Positions 6,481-9,483 of a stretch of 9,483 nucleotides of DNA are shown here, piece by piece. Within the stretch, counting starts at the first letter, position 1. Each line of letters opens with the position of its first letter. The translations under genes and the position numbers were made by a program. The stretch is from sequence record OY723356.1, one strand, 5' to 3'. Under the pieces are notes generated by a model. The model worked only from the letters and a program-made list of their open reading frames with translations. It was not told the origin of the DNA and did no database searches.

Positions 6481-6668
6481 GTATCTAGTGATATACAGGA
6501 TACTAGTAGTATGCACGGAGGATATGAGGGGTACGGGATACCCCTATATCATAGCCTAACAGCATACACTACGAGTACCATGTATACCATGGATACTACA
6601 TGCATACTACTACGGGTAGGTACTCATGAGCAGTATCATCATGTAAACACATGATTTGATGACATGAA
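6481..6668. repeat. T2 sub-repeat of unit B
   Basis: Counterpart of 2072-2260 at +4409. Its 3' end is altered: catgtaaacacatgatttgatgacatgaa replaces catgtaattgcatgcatttgatgacatgaa. Confidence 0.85.
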
Positions 6669-6875
6669 TGTATACATCATGAGTAGGTATACACATCTAA
6701 TACCACTAGTACAACACCATACACACCATTAGTACCATGTATCCTATGGTATACAGTACATGGGGAGTACGGGTACCATTACACCATGCAGAGGTGTATG
6801 GAGTACTATATGGTATATAGGGAGTATCCAGTAGTCACCAGATATCATGATATTGCATGCATTTGATGACATGAA
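6669..6875. repeat. T1 sub-repeat, unit B copy 1
   Basis: Aligns with 2261-2466. It ends with gcatgcatttgatgacatgaa at 6855-6875. Confidence 0.85.
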
Positions 6876-6898
6876 AACACATGATTTGATGACATGAA

Positions 6899-7093
6899 GT
6901 ACTCATTATGAGTAGGTATACACATCTAATACCAGTAGTACTACACCATACACACCATTAGTACCATGTATCCTATGGTATACAGTACATGGGGAGTACG
7001 GGTACCATACCACCATTGCAGAGGTGTATGGAGTACTATGAGTATCTAGAGAGTACTAGTAGTATCATGTATTGATACATCTAATGACATGAA
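6899..7093. repeat. T1 sub-repeat, unit B extra tandem copy (3' part diverged)
   Basis: The run gtactcattatgagtaggtatacacatctaataccagtagtactacaccatacacaccattagtaccatgtatcctatggtatacagtacatggggagtacggg... immediately follows copy 1. Unit A has only one T1 at this position. Confidence 0.8.
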
Positions 7094-7785
7094 ACACATG
7101 GTTTGATGTATCTAATGATGTACTTAATGGATAGGTATACACATCGTATTAGTGCATAGTATCTCTACATGGTCTATACACTGCCATACAGGGAGTGAGG
7201 GACCAGGAGGGAGACTATGCACTAGTAGACGATAACGTGACCTTTAACATTACCCTAGTAGTGCACAGTACCAGTATACAGTAGTACAGTGATACAGCTA
7301 CTGAATATCTATTAGTACATGTACTGCTAGACAGATGGTGGTGAGGTATCCACTGCACTCTACGTATGGATACGATGGAGAGCATTGTCCCAGCATACCT
7401 AGTACTACTAGTATCACCACGTGCACAGTACCATACATCTCTATAGTACACACCTCCTATTGCATAAAGGAGTACTGATACTCTGTACAGACACTGTAGC
7501 AGATACCATACAGTATACTAGTACTCATCATACCATGCACTGATACAATGGTGGTATGGAATACATGTATGCAATGGTGGTATGGAATGATGTAGTAGTA
7601 TGTACAGATACACTACTATCTGCATGCACAGAATAGGTCATCCTCAGGGATAGCACCTTAACCCTGTACCATACCATACAGTGGTACTATGGTGGTATGG
7701 CATGCATGTACTAGTAGTATGTAGTAGTATGTACTCATCATACCATCAGATCATGAGATCATGGCATCAAATCATGACATCAAAA
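7094..7785. other. Unit-B-specific segment (~0.7 kb) with no counterpart elsewhere in the window
   Basis: It lies between the extra T1 copy and W block copy 1. I could not align it to any part of unit A or the rest of B. Internal short direct repeats are caatggtggtatggaat at 7546-7562 and 7572-7588, and gtgcacagtacca at 7261-7273 and 7421-7433. It contains only two short track ORFs, 7215..7451 (-) entirely and 7681..8019 (+) only in part (the latter runs on into W block copy 1); neither has recognisable protein features. Confidence 0.8.
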
Positions 7786-8044
7786 CACATGATTTCATGT
7801 ACTCAATTACATGATTATGGTGGTATCCAGGACATCACCAGATCCCTTAGAGACCATGGGGATCACTACATATGCTATAAGGAGTACACATGCTCTGCAT
7901 GGTACCTATATCATAGGGTAGGGGTATCCCTCATGATACCTATGGAGACCATATCCTCTAGATACATGGTATGTGCTCAGAGGATGGTGCCATGGTATGA
8001 GGTCCCCAAAAGGGTCTAAATACATGATTTAGGGGTCTAAAATG
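7786..8044. repeat. W block copy 1 (unit B)
   Basis: Counterpart of 2701-2960. The first ~60 bp carry several differences, including a 1-bp deletion (tactcaattacatg vs tactcagattacatg). The rest is identical. Confidence 0.85.
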
Positions 8045-8219
8045 ACCACTTTTGGCACCTTTCTGGAGGTACCAAAACGGGTGATTCAATCCCCCAAAAG
8101 GGGTCCGCAAATCAAGCCCAGAAATGGTCATAAAAAGGGCTCGTGGGGGTACCCCCATGAGCACTTTTAGGACCCTAAAATGGGTGTTTTGGACCCCTAA
8201 AATGGTGTATTTAGACCCT
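7999..8219. repeat. A4/T4 module block (unit B counterpart of 2915-3135)
   Basis: Identical at +5084. Confidence 0.75.
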
Positions 8220-8241
8220 TTCGGAGGGGTACAGGCAACGA

Positions 8242-8407
8242 GTACTACTAGATACATACCAGCAGACCATGTATCCTATGGTATATAGGACATGGGGGCT
8301 ACGGGTACCATTACACCATTACGGGAGTATATGGAGTACTATGGGTATCTAGAGGAGTCCCTGTAACACCAGATATCATGGTATTGGCATGCATTTGATG
8401 ACATGAA
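8242..8407. repeat. T1-related diverged copy (unit B)
   Basis: Counterpart of 3158-3323 at +5084. Confidence 0.7.
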
Positions 8408-8448
8408 AACACATGATTTGATGACATGAAATGAGTAGGTATACACAT

Positions 8449-8581
8449 CTAATGACAGGATATGGCATACGGGATACCTGAGGAGACCACCTCCACAGGG
8501 AATGTCCCTCTGTGCATACCAGGCTACCGAGAGGCCTACGGGGAGTATCCCCATACCTCTAAGGAGCCATTATGGCCATTA
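8449..8581 (+). repeat. Core motif copy c2' (unit B)
   Basis: Counterpart of 3365-3497 at +5084. It differs from it only in the patch 8504-8521. Confidence 0.9.
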
Positions 8582-8670
8582 GGGAGTATCCAGCACATCA
8601 TTAGATACACGGAATATCATGTAATTGCATAGATTTGATGACATGAAATCATGTGTTTTGATGACATGAA

Positions 8671-8876
8671 GTACTCATTATGAGTAGGTATACACATCTA
8701 ATACCACTAGTACAACAGCATACACACCATTAGTACCATGTATCCTATGGTATACAGTACATGGGGAGTACGGGTACCATTACACCATGCAGAGGTGTAT
8801 GGAGTACTATATGGTATATAGGGAGTATCCAGTAATCACCAGATATCATGTAATGGCATGCATTTGATGACATGAA
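8671..8876. repeat. T1 sub-repeat (unit B)
   Basis: Counterpart of 3587-3792 at +5084. Confidence 0.85.
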
Positions 8877-9068
8877 ACACATGATTTGATGATATGAAGT
8901 ACTCGATATGTACTCATTATGGGTACCACTAACACTAGTACTACAGCGTATCCGTACAAGGGGAACCATAAGGATCCGCCCTTGCAGGTATTTGGGTACT
9001 ATATGATGTATAGAGGGTATCCAGTAGACACCAGATATCATGATATTGCATGCATTTGATGACATGAA
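8877..9068. repeat. T1-related sub-repeat with replaced centre (unit B)
   Basis: Counterpart of 3793-3984 at +5084. Confidence 0.65.
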
Positions 9069-9070
9069 AA

Positions 9071-9329
9071 CACATGATTTGATGTACTCAGATTACATGA
9101 TTATGGTGATATCCAGTACATCACCAGATCCCTTAGACACCATGGGGATCACTACATATGCTATAAGGAGTATACATGCTCTGCATGGTACCTATATCAT
9201 AGGGTAGGGGATATGCCCACGATACCTATGGAGACCACATCCTCTAGATACATGGTATGTGCACAGAGGATGGTGCCATGGTATGAGGACCCCAAATGGG
9301 TCGAAATACATGTTTTAGGGGTGCCAAAA
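9071..9329. repeat. W block copy 2 (unit B)
   Basis: Counterpart of 3987-4245 at +5084. Confidence 0.85.
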
Positions 9330-9384
9330 CATGTGTTGCGAGTAGGTATCGGCACGGGATTAGCACATCTAGGGCATTATGGAA

Positions 9385-9483
9385 CCTGAGGAGATCACCT
9401 CCACAGGGAATGTCCCTCCGTGCATCCTGGGCTACCGAGAGGCCTACATGCAGTACCCCATATCCTCTAAGAGACCATTATGG
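9385..9483 (+). repeat. Core motif copy c3' (unit B, ends the window)
   Basis: Counterpart of 4301-4399 at +5084. The window stops on its last base. Confidence 0.9.

Larger units (their letters stand above)
4400..9483. repeat. Macro tandem-repeat unit B (5,084 bp), direct copy of unit A with a rearranged middle
   Basis: Same order of sub-elements as unit A. It ends with gagaccattatgg (9471-9483), identical to 4387-4399, which precedes the A/B junction. It is 685 bp longer because of the middle region 6669-7785. Confidence 0.95.

Noticed and set aside
7094-7785. The unit-B-specific segment as an inserted transposable element.
   Set aside because: I found no terminal inverted repeats, target-site duplication, LTR-like ends or transposase/integrase ORF. 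Its word composition matches the surrounding repeat domain, so an array variant or a deletion in unit A is more parsimonious.

Overview
The window holds no supportable protein-coding gene, rRNA, tRNA, CRISPR array or transposase-type mobile element, and I see no gene-encoded system such as defence, a toxin or a retroelement. It is exactly two consecutive direct copies of a long macro-repeat: unit A (1-4399, 4,399 bp) and unit B (4400-9483, 5,084 bp). By eye the units are about 98-99 % identical where colinear; this was not computed. Each unit is built hierarchically from smaller repeat families:
- Blocks of short A4/T4-containing inverted-repeat modules, with A/T tracts spaced about 10-11 bp.
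- A roughly 100-130 bp core motif present three times per unit (six copies in total, 63-bp centre nearly invariant).
- About 190-230 bp sub-repeats (T1 and T2) rich in CATG/GTAC.
- A roughly 260 bp block (W) present twice per unit.
- A short-motif G-rich region with a G-quadruplex motif, a 12-bp minisatellite and a (CG)7-8 tract.
The units differ structurally in the middle. A has [T2][T1][T2]. B has [T2][T1][T1] followed by about 0.7 kb of sequence found nowhere else in the window. All track ORFs are 224 aa or shorter, overlap each other on opposite strands, lie inside repeats, and are broken by 1-bp indels or stop substitutions between the near-identical units, so I treat them as non-coding. 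A 9.5 kb stretch with no genes is very atypical for a prokaryotic chromosome. It looks more like a eukaryotic-type macrosatellite or spacer array, or an assembly cycle of one, but taxonomy cannot be established from the sequence alone. The points worth following up are structural:
- the conserved core motif;
- the exact two-unit closure of the window;
- the helically phased A/T tracts;
- the unit-B-specific segment;
- a localized mutation cluster inside one core copy.
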